Shown in pieces: positions 1-9,664 of a stretch of DNA of 64,000 nucleotides (the first letter of the stretch is position 1; every line of letters begins with the position of its first letter). The notes beneath the pieces are model-generated. The model was given only the letters and a program-made list of their open reading frames with translations. It had not been told where the DNA came from and ran no database searches. Made by a program: the position numbers and the translations under genes. The DNA is from an uncultured Anaerolineaceae bacterium (GTDB lineage: Bacteria; Chloroflexota; Anaerolineae; Anaerolineales; E44-bin32): assembly GCA_964492745.1 (NCBI GenBank), contig CAZBLT010000001.1, forward strand, positions 3,325 through 67,324, written 5' to 3'.

Positions 1-1759
1 CTTCGTAGATGCGACGATAGATGCCATCCTGCCGGATGAGATCTTCATGTTTGCCTTGCTGCGTAATCTTGCCAGCCTGCAGGACGAGAATCTGATCAGC
101 GGTCATCAGGCTTTGAACGCGATGGGCGATGATGAAAGTGGTTCTCCCCCGCATGAGTCTTTCCAGCGCGCTCCTTATCTCGGCCTCCGTGATCAAATCC
201 ACCGATGAGGTCGAGTCATCCAGAATCAGGATGCGGGGGTCTTTCAGCAGCACGCGCGCGATCGCCACCCTTTGCTTCTGCCCTCCGGAAAGTGTGACCC
301 CTCGCTCCCCGATGATCGTATCGTAGCCATCCGGGAAGGACAGGATGGCTTCATGGATGGCGGCGGCGCGGGCGGCAGTCTCGATCTCCTCCAAAGTAAC
401 CTCGCGGTCTACACCCAGGGCGATATTCTCGCGAATGCTTCTGGAGAAGAGCGATGGCTCTTGCTCGACGATCCCAATCTGACTGCGCAGAAAGGCACGC
501 GAATAGGATTGCAATTCACGTCCGTCAAGCCTAAGGCTTCCCTGCGTGTAGTCATAGAACCGGGGCAGCAGATGGACCAAGCTGCTCTTGCCCGAGCCTG
601 TCGGACCCAATAGAGCTACTACCTCGCCAGGCTCTACACGGAAGCTGATGTCCTGCAGAATCGGCGGCCCGCCATTATAGGCGAAGCCGACGCGGTCAAA
701 TACGATCTCCCCCCTCAGGTGATCCGGAGAAGGGTGATGTCCTTCAGAAAGAGGTTCCTGCGGCTCCCGAAGGACCTCAAGCAGGCGGCCAAAGGAGACC
801 AATCCCATGGATGCATGAACAATCAGCCGGCCGAGGTTTCGCATCGGCCAGATGATCCAGATGAGCATGCCCGCGTAAGCCAAGTAGGAACCGAGGCTCA
901 GGCTGCCCGCGATGACGTAACGTGCTCCCAGAAAAAGCCCTGCCAAGAATTGAAGGTTTGCCAAGGTGTCCGACGCTGGCCAGAAGAGCGAATGCATCGT
1001 AAGCAGGTGCCGGCCGCGCTGAAACTTTTCCCAGTTCTCGCGCTCGAACTTGTCGCGCTCGAATGCTTGGCGGCCAAAGGCCTTGACGACGCGTATGGCG
1101 CTGAGATTCTCATGAAGAACGGTCGATAGGATGGCTTCCTGCTGCTGATAGGCCTCATAGGCGGTGTACACCCTGCGGAAGAAGAAGTAAGACAGCAGCA
1201 CGATCGCAGGCACTGCTAAGACGGACCGCCAAGCCAAGCCGGCGTGGATGGAAGCAATGGCCGTGAAGTTTGCGCCAAAGAGCAGCAAGATGCGGCCCAC
1301 GCCCACCAAATGGTCTGCAAAGAAGCGCCTGAGCGCATCCACATCTGAGGTGCAGCGCTGGATAAGCTCGCCGGTGGGCGTGTGGTCGTGGTACTTGAAA
1401 GGCAGACGCTGGATATAATCGAAGAGGTGTTCGCGAAGGCGCAGGGCCACGCCTTCTGAGGTTCGTGCTGCCAAGGCCCCGCTCAAGAAGGAAAAGCCGC
1501 CCTGGAGGGCGGCAATTCCCACGAAGACAAGACCGGCACCGAATAGAGTGGCGGCCGAAGGCGATGAAGGGAGAATGGTGTCCACTAAACGCCGAAGCCA
1601 CGAGTAGGTCCCGGTTCGAGCCAACGCGCTCAGGCCTAGACCGGCAACTGCAATGCCGTAGATTAGGCGGTATCCCCGAGTTAAACGCCATAATCCCCTC
1701 AGGCGGCCGGCCTGCGCCAGTTTGCCCCAATCTAGGGTGGTCGGTGTGGGAGTTTGCAT
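1..1759 (-). CDS. ABC exporter, fused permease/ATP-binding protein (MsbA type); C-terminus runs off the window
   Basis: Absent from the ORF track because it is open at the window edge. My reverse-strand translation from ATG 1759..1757 gives a multi-TM N-terminal half. It then shows Walker A GPTGSGKSS, signature LSGGQKQR, Walker B ILILDD and IIAHR. Last in-frame codon is 4..2 (...DGIYRRIYE). Confidence 0.9.
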   Translation of the reverse strand, partial: MQTPTPTTLDWGKLAQAGRLRGLWRLTRGYRLIYGIAVAGLGLSALARTGTYSWLRRLVDTILPSSPSAATLFGAGLVFVGIAALQGGFSFLSGALAARTSEGVALRLREHLFDYIQRLPFKYHDHTPTGELIQRCTSDVDALRRFFADHLVGVGRILLLFGANFTAIASIHAGLAWRSVLAVPAIVLLSYFFFRRVYTAYEAYQQQEAILSTVLHENLSAIRVVKAFGRQAFERDKFERENWEKFQRGRHLLTMHSLFWPASDTLANLQFLAGLFLGARYVIAGSLSLGSYLAYAGMLIWIIWPMRNLGRLIVHASMGLVSFGRLLEVLREPQEPLSEGHHPSPDHLRGEIVFDRVGFAYNGGPPILQDISFRVEPGEVVALLGPTGSGKSSLVHLLPRFYDYTQGSLRLDGRELQSYSRAFLRSQIGIVEQEPSLFSRSIRENIALGVDREVTLEEIETAARAAAIHEAILSFPDGYDTIIGERGVTLSGGQKQRVAIARVLLKDPRILILDDSTSSVDLITEAEIRSALERLMRGRTTFIIAHRVQSLMTADQILVLQAGKITQQGKHEDLIRQDGIYRRIYE

Positions 1760-1970
1760 GGGCATAAGGCATGCCTCTGATGTATTGAGAGATGCTGGCT
1801 TGCGCCGCAAGGGCTCCGGAGGGCCGCGATGTGCACCGGCCTTTTGGCTCGCTGATGGCTCTGCCCGCGGGCTGGAATGCTTCAGGCGAAGGAATTCTAA
1901 CATCTTATTCTTGCACCGGGTTCAAACAGGATCTCCGCCTTGGTGCGAAGGACTGGGCGGAGGTGCTTGC

Positions 1971-2000
1971 TTGACACCCGCGGAATCGCTGTGGTATTCT
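1971..2000 (+). promoter_or_regulatory. sigma70-like promoter upstream of dprA
   Basis: TTGACA (1971-1976), 18-nt spacer, TGgTATTCT extended -10 (1992-2000). Lies 46 nt upstream of the dprA ATG. Confidence 0.5.
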
Positions 2001-2045
2001 CAGCCGGCCATAGCGGGCTACATCGTCTCCAGCAGGAGGGGGAAA

Positions 2046-3158
2046 ATGGGGGACGCCTTGCGATATTGGGTGGGTTTCAGTTGTGTTCACGGCATCGGTG
2101 CAGCGCGGATAAGTCTGCTGCGCCGCTTCTTTGGGGACCTGGGGACCGCCTGGCATGCGACTGCGGACGAGTATGCCCGGGCAGGGCTGGGGCCCAAGAC
2201 CATCGAAGCCCTGATCGAGACACGGCAGCGCCTGGATCTGGACGAGGAATTGCAGCGGATCGATCGCTTGGGTTTCAGGGTCCTCACAATTGAGGACGAA
2301 GCCTATCCCATCCGGCTCCTCGAAGTCGATGCGCCGCCGCCTGTGCTCTACCTTTGGGGAGAGATTGCCGAGGCTGACAGATGGGCGGTTGCCGTGGTGG
2401 GAACACGGCGCCCAAGCCGCTATGGGCGATCGGTGGCGGGGGAGATCGGCCGGGAGCTGGCAGCCAGCGGCCTAACGGTCATATCGGGGCTGGCGCGGGG
2501 GATAGACGGAATCGCGCACCGGGCCGCGCTGGAAGCCGGAGGGCGAACTGTGGCTGTGCTGGGATCCGGGCTGGATGTGATCTATCCGCCGGAGCATCGC
2601 GGCCTGGCAGCCAAGATCGCCCGCCAGGGAGCGGTGATCAGTGATTATGCACTGGGAACGAAGCCGGAGGGCCGCAATTTTCCACCCCGGAACCGCATCA
2701 TAAGCGGCCTCTCGATGGCTGTGGTGATTGTGGAGGCAGGCGAATCGAGCGGGGCACTCATCACCGCCGATTTTGCGGTCGATCAGGGACGCGAGGTCTT
2801 CGCAGTCCCCGGGGATATCACCAGGCGGTCGAGCCGGGGGACCAACGCCCTGATTCAAGCGGGGGCACACCCTTGGCTCGGTGTGCAAGATGCGTTGGAG
2901 ATCCTGAATCTCGAGATGATGGCGGTACAAACGGAAGCCAGCGAAACCCTTCCGGAAGACGATGTCGAGCGGACATTGCTGGAAATCTTGGGGCGTGACC
3001 CCCTGCATGTCGATGAAATCCGGGCACGCTCGCAACTGACCTCAGCGCAGGTGAATGCAGGGCTGGCGATGCTGGAATTGAAAGGACGGGTCCGGCAGAT
3101 CGGCGGGATGCATTATGTGCGCCTGCGCGAAGCGGGCCTGCCCTACCGGGTGGATTAA
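2046..3158 (+). CDS. dprA: DNA processing protein DprA (Smf)
   Basis: ORF 1722..3158; start moved to ATG 2046, preceded by AGGAGGGGGAAA. Motifs VVGTRRPSRYG and SGLARGIDGIAHRAAL, plus a C-terminal winged-helix-like tail. Confidence 0.9.
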   Translation: MGDALRYWVGFSCVHGIGAARISLLRRFFGDLGTAWHATADEYARAGLGPKTIEALIETRQRLDLDEELQRIDRLGFRVLTIEDEAYPIRLLEVDAPPPVLYLWGEIAEADRWAVAVVGTRRPSRYGRSVAGEIGRELAASGLTVISGLARGIDGIAHRAALEAGGRTVAVLGSGLDVIYPPEHRGLAAKIARQGAVISDYALGTKPEGRNFPPRNRIISGLSMAVVIVEAGESSGALITADFAVDQGREVFAVPGDITRRSSRGTNALIQAGAHPWLGVQDALEILNLEMMAVQTEASETLPEDDVERTLLEILGRDPLHVDEIRARSQLTSAQVNAGLAMLELKGRVRQIGGMHYVRLREAGLPYRVD

Positions 3159-3160
3159 GA

Positions 3161-4261
3161 ATGATGACGGATCACTTCTATGCGGCCATCATGGCCGGTG
3201 GCGGCGGCACCCGCCTGTGGCCGCTCTCTCGAAGACGAAGGCCGAAGCAATCGCTGGCCCTTTTTGGCGATCGCAGCCTCTTCCGTATGGCCGTCGACCG
3301 CGTTCTGCCCATTATTCCGCCGGAGCGCATTCTCATCTTGACCGTCGAGGATCAGATGGGGCTACTCCGGGAGCAAGCGCCAGAGGTCCCAGAAGCCAAC
3401 TTCATTCTCGAGCCGGCGCCCAGGGGCACCGCATCGGCAATTGGACTGGCCGCTGTCCATCTCATGCAAAGGGATCCGGAAGCCGTCATGGCCTGTCTGA
3501 CTGCAGATCACTACATCGGCAATACGCATCGCTTCCGGGAAGTCCTGCTCGCGGCGCACGATGCCGCGATGCAGGGTAGCTTGATCACCCTGGGCATCAC
3601 ACCCAGCCGGCCAGACCCCGGGTATGGATACATACGCCGTGGAGCGCCTGAGGCTCAGCATCGCGGCTTCCAGGCATTTCGCGTGCGGTCTTTTCAAGAG
3701 AAGCCCTCTCCCGAGACGGCAGAGGCATATATCGCAAGCGGAGAGTATAGCTGGAATTCAGGCATGTTCATCTGGCGGGCGCAGGCGATTTTGGATGAGA
3801 TCGCCCTTCAGATGCCAGCGCTGCATCGAGGACTGGGGGCGATTCGAGCGGCGCTGGGCAAAGATGACGAGCAAGAGATCATCCGGCAGGTCTGGGGAGG
3901 GCTGGAGACGGTCACGGTCGATTATGGGATCATGGAAGGCGCGCGCGATGTGCTCGTCATCCCCGCCGATGACCTGGGATGGACAGACGTTGGAGACTGG
4001 GGCCGTCTCTTTGATATCCTCGAGAAGGATCCCCAGGGGAACCTGACCATCGGAGGAGAGGGGCTTATCGAGGGGGGCAGCGGCAATTTCATTGTGCTGG
4101 ATGTGGGCGACGCCCGCAAATTGGTGGCCTTGCTCGATGTCAAGGATCTGGTCGTTGTGGATACGGGGGATGCACTCCTTGTTTGTAAGCGCCAAAAGGC
4201 TCATCGAGTCAAAGAGCTGGTCGGGTTGCTGAAGCGCGGCGGGATGGATGACCTCCTGTAG
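3161..4261 (+). CDS. mannose-1-phosphate guanylyltransferase-like nucleotidyltransferase
   Basis: N-terminal AAIMAGGGGTRLWPLSRRRRPKQ sugar-nucleotidyltransferase motif. 366 aa, with no C-terminal isomerase domain. Starts 2 nt after the dprA stop. Confidence 0.8.
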   Translation: MMTDHFYAAIMAGGGGTRLWPLSRRRRPKQSLALFGDRSLFRMAVDRVLPIIPPERILILTVEDQMGLLREQAPEVPEANFILEPAPRGTASAIGLAAVHLMQRDPEAVMACLTADHYIGNTHRFREVLLAAHDAAMQGSLITLGITPSRPDPGYGYIRRGAPEAQHRGFQAFRVRSFQEKPSPETAEAYIASGEYSWNSGMFIWRAQAILDEIALQMPALHRGLGAIRAALGKDDEQEIIRQVWGGLETVTVDYGIMEGARDVLVIPADDLGWTDVGDWGRLFDILEKDPQGNLTIGGEGLIEGGSGNFIVLDVGDARKLVALLDVKDLVVVDTGDALLVCKRQKAHRVKELVGLLKRGGMDDLL

Positions 4262-4278
4262 CCGTTGGGAGCAGGTTT

Positions 4279-6618
4279 GTGGAAGCCTATTGTGTGCGTT
4301 GCAAGCAGAAGCGTGAGATTGCGGAATCAGAGCCAACCTTTACTTCATCAGGTGTTCCGGCAACGAAAGGAAAGTGCCCGGTTTGCGGCACAAAGCTGTA
4401 CCGCATGGGTCGCACGCCGGAGCATGAGGGCCTTGAGCCGCCGGCGGAATCCCAGAGAGCCAAGAAGCGCCGTGGGAAGCCCGCCCAGCGGAAGGGCAAG
4501 CTGGTCATCGTCGAATCTCCCGCCAAAGCCCGCACCGTTGGCCGAATTCTAGGGGAGGGCTTTGCTGTCAAGGCTTCTGTCGGGCATGTGCGGGACCTGC
4601 TGCGGTCAAGGCTTTCTGTGGATGTGGAACATGATTTCAAGCCAAGCTATCGTGTGCCAAATGAGAAACGGGAGGTGGTCAAGGCGCTGAAAGCCGAGGC
4701 TGCGAAGGCAGAGGAAGTCTATCTTGCGACGGATCCCGACCGCGAGGGCGAGGCGATAGCCTGGCACCTGATGGAAGCCGCAGACATCGAGGCCGAACGA
4801 GCGAAACGAGTGGTCTTCCACGAGATCACGACGCCCGCCGTGAATGAAGCTTTCGAACATCCCCGCCGGCTGGATATGGACTTGGTCGACGCTCAGCAGG
4901 CGCGCCGGATCCTGGACCGTCTCGTTGGCTACAAGCTGAGCCCTCTTCTATGGCGCAAGGTTCGCGGAAGGCTCTCAGCCGGCAGAGTGCAGTCCGTGGC
5001 CCTGCGCATGCTCGTCGAGCGCGAGCGCGAGATTCGCGGCTTCGTCCCCCAGGAGTACTGGAGCCTCGATGGAGAGTTCCGGCATCCAGAGAAGCCCCCT
5101 TCCTTTCGTGCAAAGTTGATGAAGGTGGACGGGCGCAAGGCCGATTTGCCCGATGAGGGGAGCGTCCAGTCGTTGGTAGCGGATCTCAGGGATGGAAGCT
5201 TCGAGGTCTCCGACGTTCGGCGAGGCAGGCGGATCCGGAAGCCAGCGGCACCCTTCACAACCAGCACGATGCAGCAGACGGCCTCGCGTCGCTTCGGCTT
5301 CACGGCTCGGCGGACCATGGCCATCGCCCAGCAGCTCTATGAGGGCGTAGACCTAGGAGAGGATGGCTCGCCTACGGGCCTCATCACCTATATGCGCACG
5401 GATTCGACGCAAGTATCCGAGCAAGCCCTTGCCGAGGTGCGCGATCTGATCGGAGCGCAATTTGGCTCCGCGTTCCTGCCTGCAAAAGCGGTGCGCTATG
5501 CCGCGCGAGTGCGGGGCGCCCAGGAAGCACACGAGGCCATCCGCCCTGCCTCTGTTCGGCGCACACCTGCGTCGCTCAAGAAATATCTGAATAGAGACCA
5601 ATACCGCCTTTACGATCTGATCTGGCGTCGCTTTGTGGCCTCGCAGATGAATCCCGCTGTGTACGACACTCTGGTGCTGGAGGTCGAAGGGCGCTCATTG
5701 AATCATGGCTATCTGTTCCGCGCATCGACTTCGGCGCTCCGCTTTCCAGGCTATCTCGAGGTCTATCAGGAAAGCAAACTTGCTGAAAACGGCGAGGGGG
5801 ACGGGAACAATGAGGCTATCAAGCTGCCCGACTTGGAGAAGGGCGATCGACTTGACTTGGTTGAGCTGCACCCGGAGCAGCACTTCACACAACCTCCACC
5901 GCGCTACACTGATGCATCGCTTATCCGGGCGATGGAGGAACATGGTATCGGAAGGCCGTCGACCTATGCGCCGACGATCTCAACGCTGCGCCAGCGGGGA
6001 TATGTGAAGCGGCAAGACCGCCGGTTGGTTCCCACTGAGGTTGGGGAACTGGTTGCGGATCTGCTGATGGAGCACTTCCCTAACATTGTGGACTTGGGTT
6101 TTACGGCGGAAATGGAGGCCGAGCTAGACGAGATTGCCTCCGGGAAGCGTCATTGGGTCGATGTTGTGCGCAGCTTCTACGGCCCCTTTGCGGAGCAGCT
6201 CGCCAAGGCGGCCGAGGAGATGCCGGAAATGCGTGCAGAACCGGAGGAGATCGGCCGGTCGTGTCCGGAATGCGGAAGCCCTCTGGTCATGAGACAGGGG
6301 CGCTATGGCCCCTTCATCGGCTGCTCAAGCTTTCCTGCATGCCGCTATACAGAGCCCATTTTGGACAAGATTGGCGTCTCCTGCCCATTGGATGGGGGCG
6401 ACCTGGTCCGGCGGCGGACGCGCGGGGGCCGGATCTTCTATGGCTGTGCCAATTACCCCGAGTGCGAATTCACCTCCTGGAAACGCCCTCTGCCCAAGGC
6501 ATGCCCGCAGTGTGGGGGCTTGCTTGTGGCGGAAAACAAGAACCATGCCGCGTGCATTAAATGCGGCCATGTTCTGGATCTTAGCGATATCGAGGGCGAA
6601 CCGGCCGACCTGGCATAA
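4279..6618 (+). CDS. topA: DNA topoisomerase I with an extra N-terminal zinc ribbon
   Basis: GTG start with GGGAG 8 nt upstream. TOPRIM motifs KLVIVESPAKARTVG and DPDREGEAIAWH; active-site region LITYMRTDS. Three C-terminal Cys4 ribbons. The N-terminal 45 aa carry CVRC...CPVC. Confidence 0.95.
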   Translation: MEAYCVRCKQKREIAESEPTFTSSGVPATKGKCPVCGTKLYRMGRTPEHEGLEPPAESQRAKKRRGKPAQRKGKLVIVESPAKARTVGRILGEGFAVKASVGHVRDLLRSRLSVDVEHDFKPSYRVPNEKREVVKALKAEAAKAEEVYLATDPDREGEAIAWHLMEAADIEAERAKRVVFHEITTPAVNEAFEHPRRLDMDLVDAQQARRILDRLVGYKLSPLLWRKVRGRLSAGRVQSVALRMLVEREREIRGFVPQEYWSLDGEFRHPEKPPSFRAKLMKVDGRKADLPDEGSVQSLVADLRDGSFEVSDVRRGRRIRKPAAPFTTSTMQQTASRRFGFTARRTMAIAQQLYEGVDLGEDGSPTGLITYMRTDSTQVSEQALAEVRDLIGAQFGSAFLPAKAVRYAARVRGAQEAHEAIRPASVRRTPASLKKYLNRDQYRLYDLIWRRFVASQMNPAVYDTLVLEVEGRSLNHGYLFRASTSALRFPGYLEVYQESKLAENGEGDGNNEAIKLPDLEKGDRLDLVELHPEQHFTQPPPRYTDASLIRAMEEHGIGRPSTYAPTISTLRQRGYVKRQDRRLVPTEVGELVADLLMEHFPNIVDLGFTAEMEAELDEIASGKRHWVDVVRSFYGPFAEQLAKAAEEMPEMRAEPEEIGRSCPECGSPLVMRQGRYGPFIGCSSFPACRYTEPILDKIGVSCPLDGGDLVRRRTRGGRIFYGCANYPECEFTSWKRPLPKACPQCGGLLVAENKNHAACIKCGHVLDLSDIEGEPADLA

Positions 6619-6636
6619 AAACTGCACCCTAGGCCA

Positions 6637-6665
6637 TTGCCGAACCATTTCACACGGTCTACAAT
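6637..6665 (+). promoter_or_regulatory. sigma70-like promoter
   Basis: TTGCCG (6637-6642), 17-nt spacer, TACAAT (6660-6665). Upstream of the CDS at 6733. Confidence 0.45.
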
Positions 6666-6732
6666 CATCCGGCCGTGTGCAGCGCGCGGCAGCTTCAGTG
6701 GAGAAGCTTGCTGCTTTCGAGGAGCGAGGGCG

Positions 6733-7782
6733 ATGGAAACCATAAAGGCCTATTTCGAGAAGAAGTCCGTTCTGGTTGCGGCGGCGCTCATCGCGGGAAT
6801 CGCTTTGGGTCTGCTCTACGCCTGGGTGATCAATCCCGTCGAGTGGATAAACGGTGAGCCCGCGCAATTGCGGGAGGACCTGCGCGTCGATTATCTGCGT
6901 ATGGTGATCGAATCTTACGATGCCAACCTCGACCCAGAGCTAGCGATGCGTCGTTTCGAGGCGCTTGGCGAATTCGGAGATGAAACGCTGGAACGAGTGG
7001 CGGCCGACCCGGGAGAAATAAGCGCAAGCGCTCTGCAGAAGTTCCAGGCGCTGGTGGCGATCGAAGCCCCCGAGATCAGCGTTCCAGACGAGGCCGAAAC
7101 ACCCTCCGTCCCCGCCGAAGAAGAGGCGGAGGAGGCGGTGCCTGCGACCCGCCCTTCCGCAGCTCGATACATCCTGCCGGTATGTGGAGCCACTCTGCTG
7201 CTAGGCGCCTTACTTGGGATCGCACTGCTTCTGCGGCGGCGCCTTGAGGCGCGCGAGACAGGCCTGGGGATGGACTTTGACTCTGTGGAAGAGGCCGAAT
7301 ACGAGGCTGCCCCGCACGTGGCCGAGCCCATCGTGGCGGTAGAAGAGGAGCCGCTCGCGACCTTCCGAACGACGTACACCATTGGCGACGATCTCTATGA
7401 TGATTCCTTCAGCATAGAGAGCCCCGCCACTGGAGATTTCCTCGGTGAGTGTGGCGTGGGGATCGCCGATGTGATTGGGGTGGGCGAGCCCAAGAAGGTC
7501 TCAGCCTTTGAGGTTTGGCTCTTTGATAAGAACGATATCCAGACGGTGACGAAGATTCTGCTTTCCAGTTATGCCTTCAAGGACGAAGAGACCCGCAGCC
7601 GGCTGGCAGCCAAAGGCGACTTGATCCTTGCCGAGAGCGGTGAGACCCTTACGCTGGACACCGCCAGCCTCCAGGTGGAGGCGCGCATCGTCGACATGAG
7701 CTACGGGGAAGGCGCCTTGCCGGCCGAGAGTTTCTTCGATCGGATGACGATCGAAATCAAGGCCCGGGCAAAGACGGCCTGA
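6733..7782 (+). CDS. hypothetical membrane protein (2 TM, acidic linker, unknown C-terminal domain)
   Basis: ORF 6637..7782; start moved to ATG 6733 (GAGGAG upstream). TM segments VLVAAALIAGIALGLLYAWVI and ILPVCGATLLLGALLGIALLL. Acidic PAEEEAEEAV stretch. No family recognised. Confidence 0.6.
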   Translation: METIKAYFEKKSVLVAAALIAGIALGLLYAWVINPVEWINGEPAQLREDLRVDYLRMVIESYDANLDPELAMRRFEALGEFGDETLERVAADPGEISASALQKFQALVAIEAPEISVPDEAETPSVPAEEEAEEAVPATRPSAARYILPVCGATLLLGALLGIALLLRRRLEARETGLGMDFDSVEEAEYEAAPHVAEPIVAVEEEPLATFRTTYTIGDDLYDDSFSIESPATGDFLGECGVGIADVIGVGEPKKVSAFEVWLFDKNDIQTVTKILLSSYAFKDEETRSRLAAKGDLILAESGETLTLDTASLQVEARIVDMSYGEGALPAESFFDRMTIEIKARAKTA

Positions 7783-7813
7783 CCGTCCTCGCGATCGCGA
7801 ACTCAGCAAAGGC

Positions 7814-7844
7814 ATCGGGGCTGTCCCGAAAGGGCAGCCCCGAT
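7814..7844. terminator. bidirectional stem-loop between convergent genes
   Basis: ATCGGGGCTG(t)CCC-GAAA-GGGCAGCCCCGAT, followed by a short T-run (CGCGTTTT). Lies between the stops at 7782 (+) and 7893 (-). Confidence 0.65.
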
Positions 7845-7892
7845 ACGCGTTTTCCGATTAGGTTTAGTGGCGGCCAAGAACCCGTCGGGCCG

Positions 7893-8363
7893 CTAGGAGA
7901 CGTCCAGAATTTCGAAATGGATCCTCCCCGCGGGGGTTTCGGCTGTGCCGGTCTGCCCAGCTCTCAGCCCGATAAGTGCCTGCCCAATCGGGGATTCGTG
8001 CGAGATCTTTCCCTGCCGCGGATTGGCCTCCTTGAGGCCGACTAGGGTGTAAGTTACCACCTCACCATCAGGTTCAAAGCGCAATCTCACGCGGCTTCCA
8101 AGGTTCACAACGCCATTGTTCACATTCTCGACGATGCGGGCTTCCCTTAGCAGGACCTGCAGCTCTTGGATCTTGCCCTCGAGAAAGGCCTGCTCCTCCT
8201 TGGCGGTTATGTAATCGGCATTTTCGCTCAGGTCGCCTTGCGAAATAGCATGCCGCAGCCGTCGCGCCAATTCCGGCCGCCTAACCTGAATGAGGTGCTC
8301 AAGCTCTGTCTTAAGCTTTTCCGCGCCTTCTGGCGTGAGATACAAATCTCTGTTCTCTGACAT
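7893..8363 (-). CDS. greA: transcription elongation factor GreA
   Basis: 156 aa. Coiled-coil N-terminus with GDLSENADY and an FKBP-like C-terminal domain. Confidence 0.95.
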   Translation of the reverse strand: MSENRDLYLTPEGAEKLKTELEHLIQVRRPELARRLRHAISQGDLSENADYITAKEEQAFLEGKIQELQVLLREARIVENVNNGVVNLGSRVRLRFEPDGEVVTYTLVGLKEANPRQGKISHESPIGQALIGLRAGQTGTAETPAGRIHFEILDVS

Positions 8364-8383
8364 TGCCTGCTACCCTGCCTTCA

Positions 8384-9538
8384 TCAAAGTGACACTTGGG
8401 GATCAAAAAGACGGCTGTGTTCTGCAAGTGCAAATCGATCGGTCATGCCTGCGATATAGTCACAAACAACGCTAAGGAGATCGCTTCTTTTGGCCTTCTC
8501 CTGGATGGCGCGGGGAAGGATTTGGGGCGTGCTGGTGTAGGCCTTGAACAGGTCTTCCAGGATTCGCTCGGCCTTTACCTGCATGCGATAGACGCGGTAG
8601 TGACGATACATGTTCTCATAAAGGAATGCCTTTAGCTCGCGGTTCATGCCCTGCATTTGGGGCGAGGCCTGGACCACATTCGCAGGCAGACGCTGGATGT
8701 CTTCCGGCGATGTTGCGCCAGAATTCTGGATTGCTTGAGAGGTTGCCTGAAGGATGTCCGAAACAAGCAGGCCAATCAGCCCTCGAATCAGGCGATGGCG
8801 GTCCAGCTCGGTGAGCGGCTCCCCCTCCCAGCCGATCCTATCGGCGACGGCCTGCCATAAGTCCAAAGATTTCAAGTCGGCTGGATGGATCAGGGCCGAG
8901 CGCAGGCCGTCATCTAGATCGTGGGCTGTGTACGCGGTCTCATCCGCGGCGTTGGCAATCTGGGCCTCGAGATGACCACGCTTCTCGGGGTCATAGTCGG
9001 CGGCGTCGGAAGCATCGTACTCGGTTTCGTGCTTGATGATGCCTTCGCGGACCTCCCAGGTGAGATTCAGGCCGGGGAAATCCGGGTATCGCCGCTCGAG
9101 CTGGGTGACGATGCGCAATGATTGGGTGTTGTGGTTGAAACCCCCGTGATCTTTCATCAAGCGCGCCAGCGCCCGCTCCCCTGCGTGGCCGAATGGTGTA
9201 TGGCCGAGATCATGCGCAAGACAAATTGCCTCAACCAGGTCCTCGTTTGCGCCCAGGGCCCTCGCGAGCGTGCGTCCGATTTGGGCGACTTCGAGCGTGT
9301 GCGTAAGGCGGGTGCGATAGTAATCGCCCTCGGTAATCACGAAAACCTGGGTCTTGTATTCCAGGCGCCTGAAGGCCGTTGTATGCAGAATGCGGTCGCG
9401 ATCGCGCTGGAAGAGCGTGCGATATGCGGGCTCATCCTCGGGGTAGGCGCGGCCGCGCGAGCCCCGGCTCCGAAATCCATAGGGAGCCAATTGCTGGTCC
9501 TCCCAATCCTCGAGTTGCTCGCGGCTGATGAGCATCAT
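8384..9538 (-). CDS. dGTPase-like HD-domain triphosphohydrolase
   Basis: HD motifs TRLTHTLEVAQIG and LAHDLGHTPFGH. 384 aa, typical of the dGTPase-like family. Confidence 0.85.
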   Translation of the reverse strand: MMLISREQLEDWEDQQLAPYGFRSRGSRGRAYPEDEPAYRTLFQRDRDRILHTTAFRRLEYKTQVFVITEGDYYRTRLTHTLEVAQIGRTLARALGANEDLVEAICLAHDLGHTPFGHAGERALARLMKDHGGFNHNTQSLRIVTQLERRYPDFPGLNLTWEVREGIIKHETEYDASDAADYDPEKRGHLEAQIANAADETAYTAHDLDDGLRSALIHPADLKSLDLWQAVADRIGWEGEPLTELDRHRLIRGLIGLLVSDILQATSQAIQNSGATSPEDIQRLPANVVQASPQMQGMNRELKAFLYENMYRHYRVYRMQVKAERILEDLFKAYTSTPQILPRAIQEKAKRSDLLSVVCDYIAGMTDRFALAEHSRLFDPQVSL

Positions 9539-9598
9539 TTCGTATCTCCAGAATGTGAGTCAGTGTAACCGACGGCCTGCAACACTGTCAACGCAGTT

Positions 9599-9628
9599 TT
9601 GACATATGAGCGTGATTAAGCGGATAAT
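9599..9628 (+). promoter_or_regulatory. sigma70-like promoter
   Basis: TTGACA (9599-9604), 18-nt spacer, GATAAT (9623-9628). Upstream of the SCP2 gene. Confidence 0.5.
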
Positions 9629-9664
9629 CCCTAATGTCCGATCTGATAGGCGCAAGGAGTGAGC

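Noticed and set aside
1155-1772. 205-aa reverse ORF, with several + strand ORFs between 129 and 1767, at the left end.
   Set aside because: They overlap the ABC exporter gene, which reads cleanly in another reverse frame with all ABC motifs. The track misses the real gene only because it is open at the window edge.
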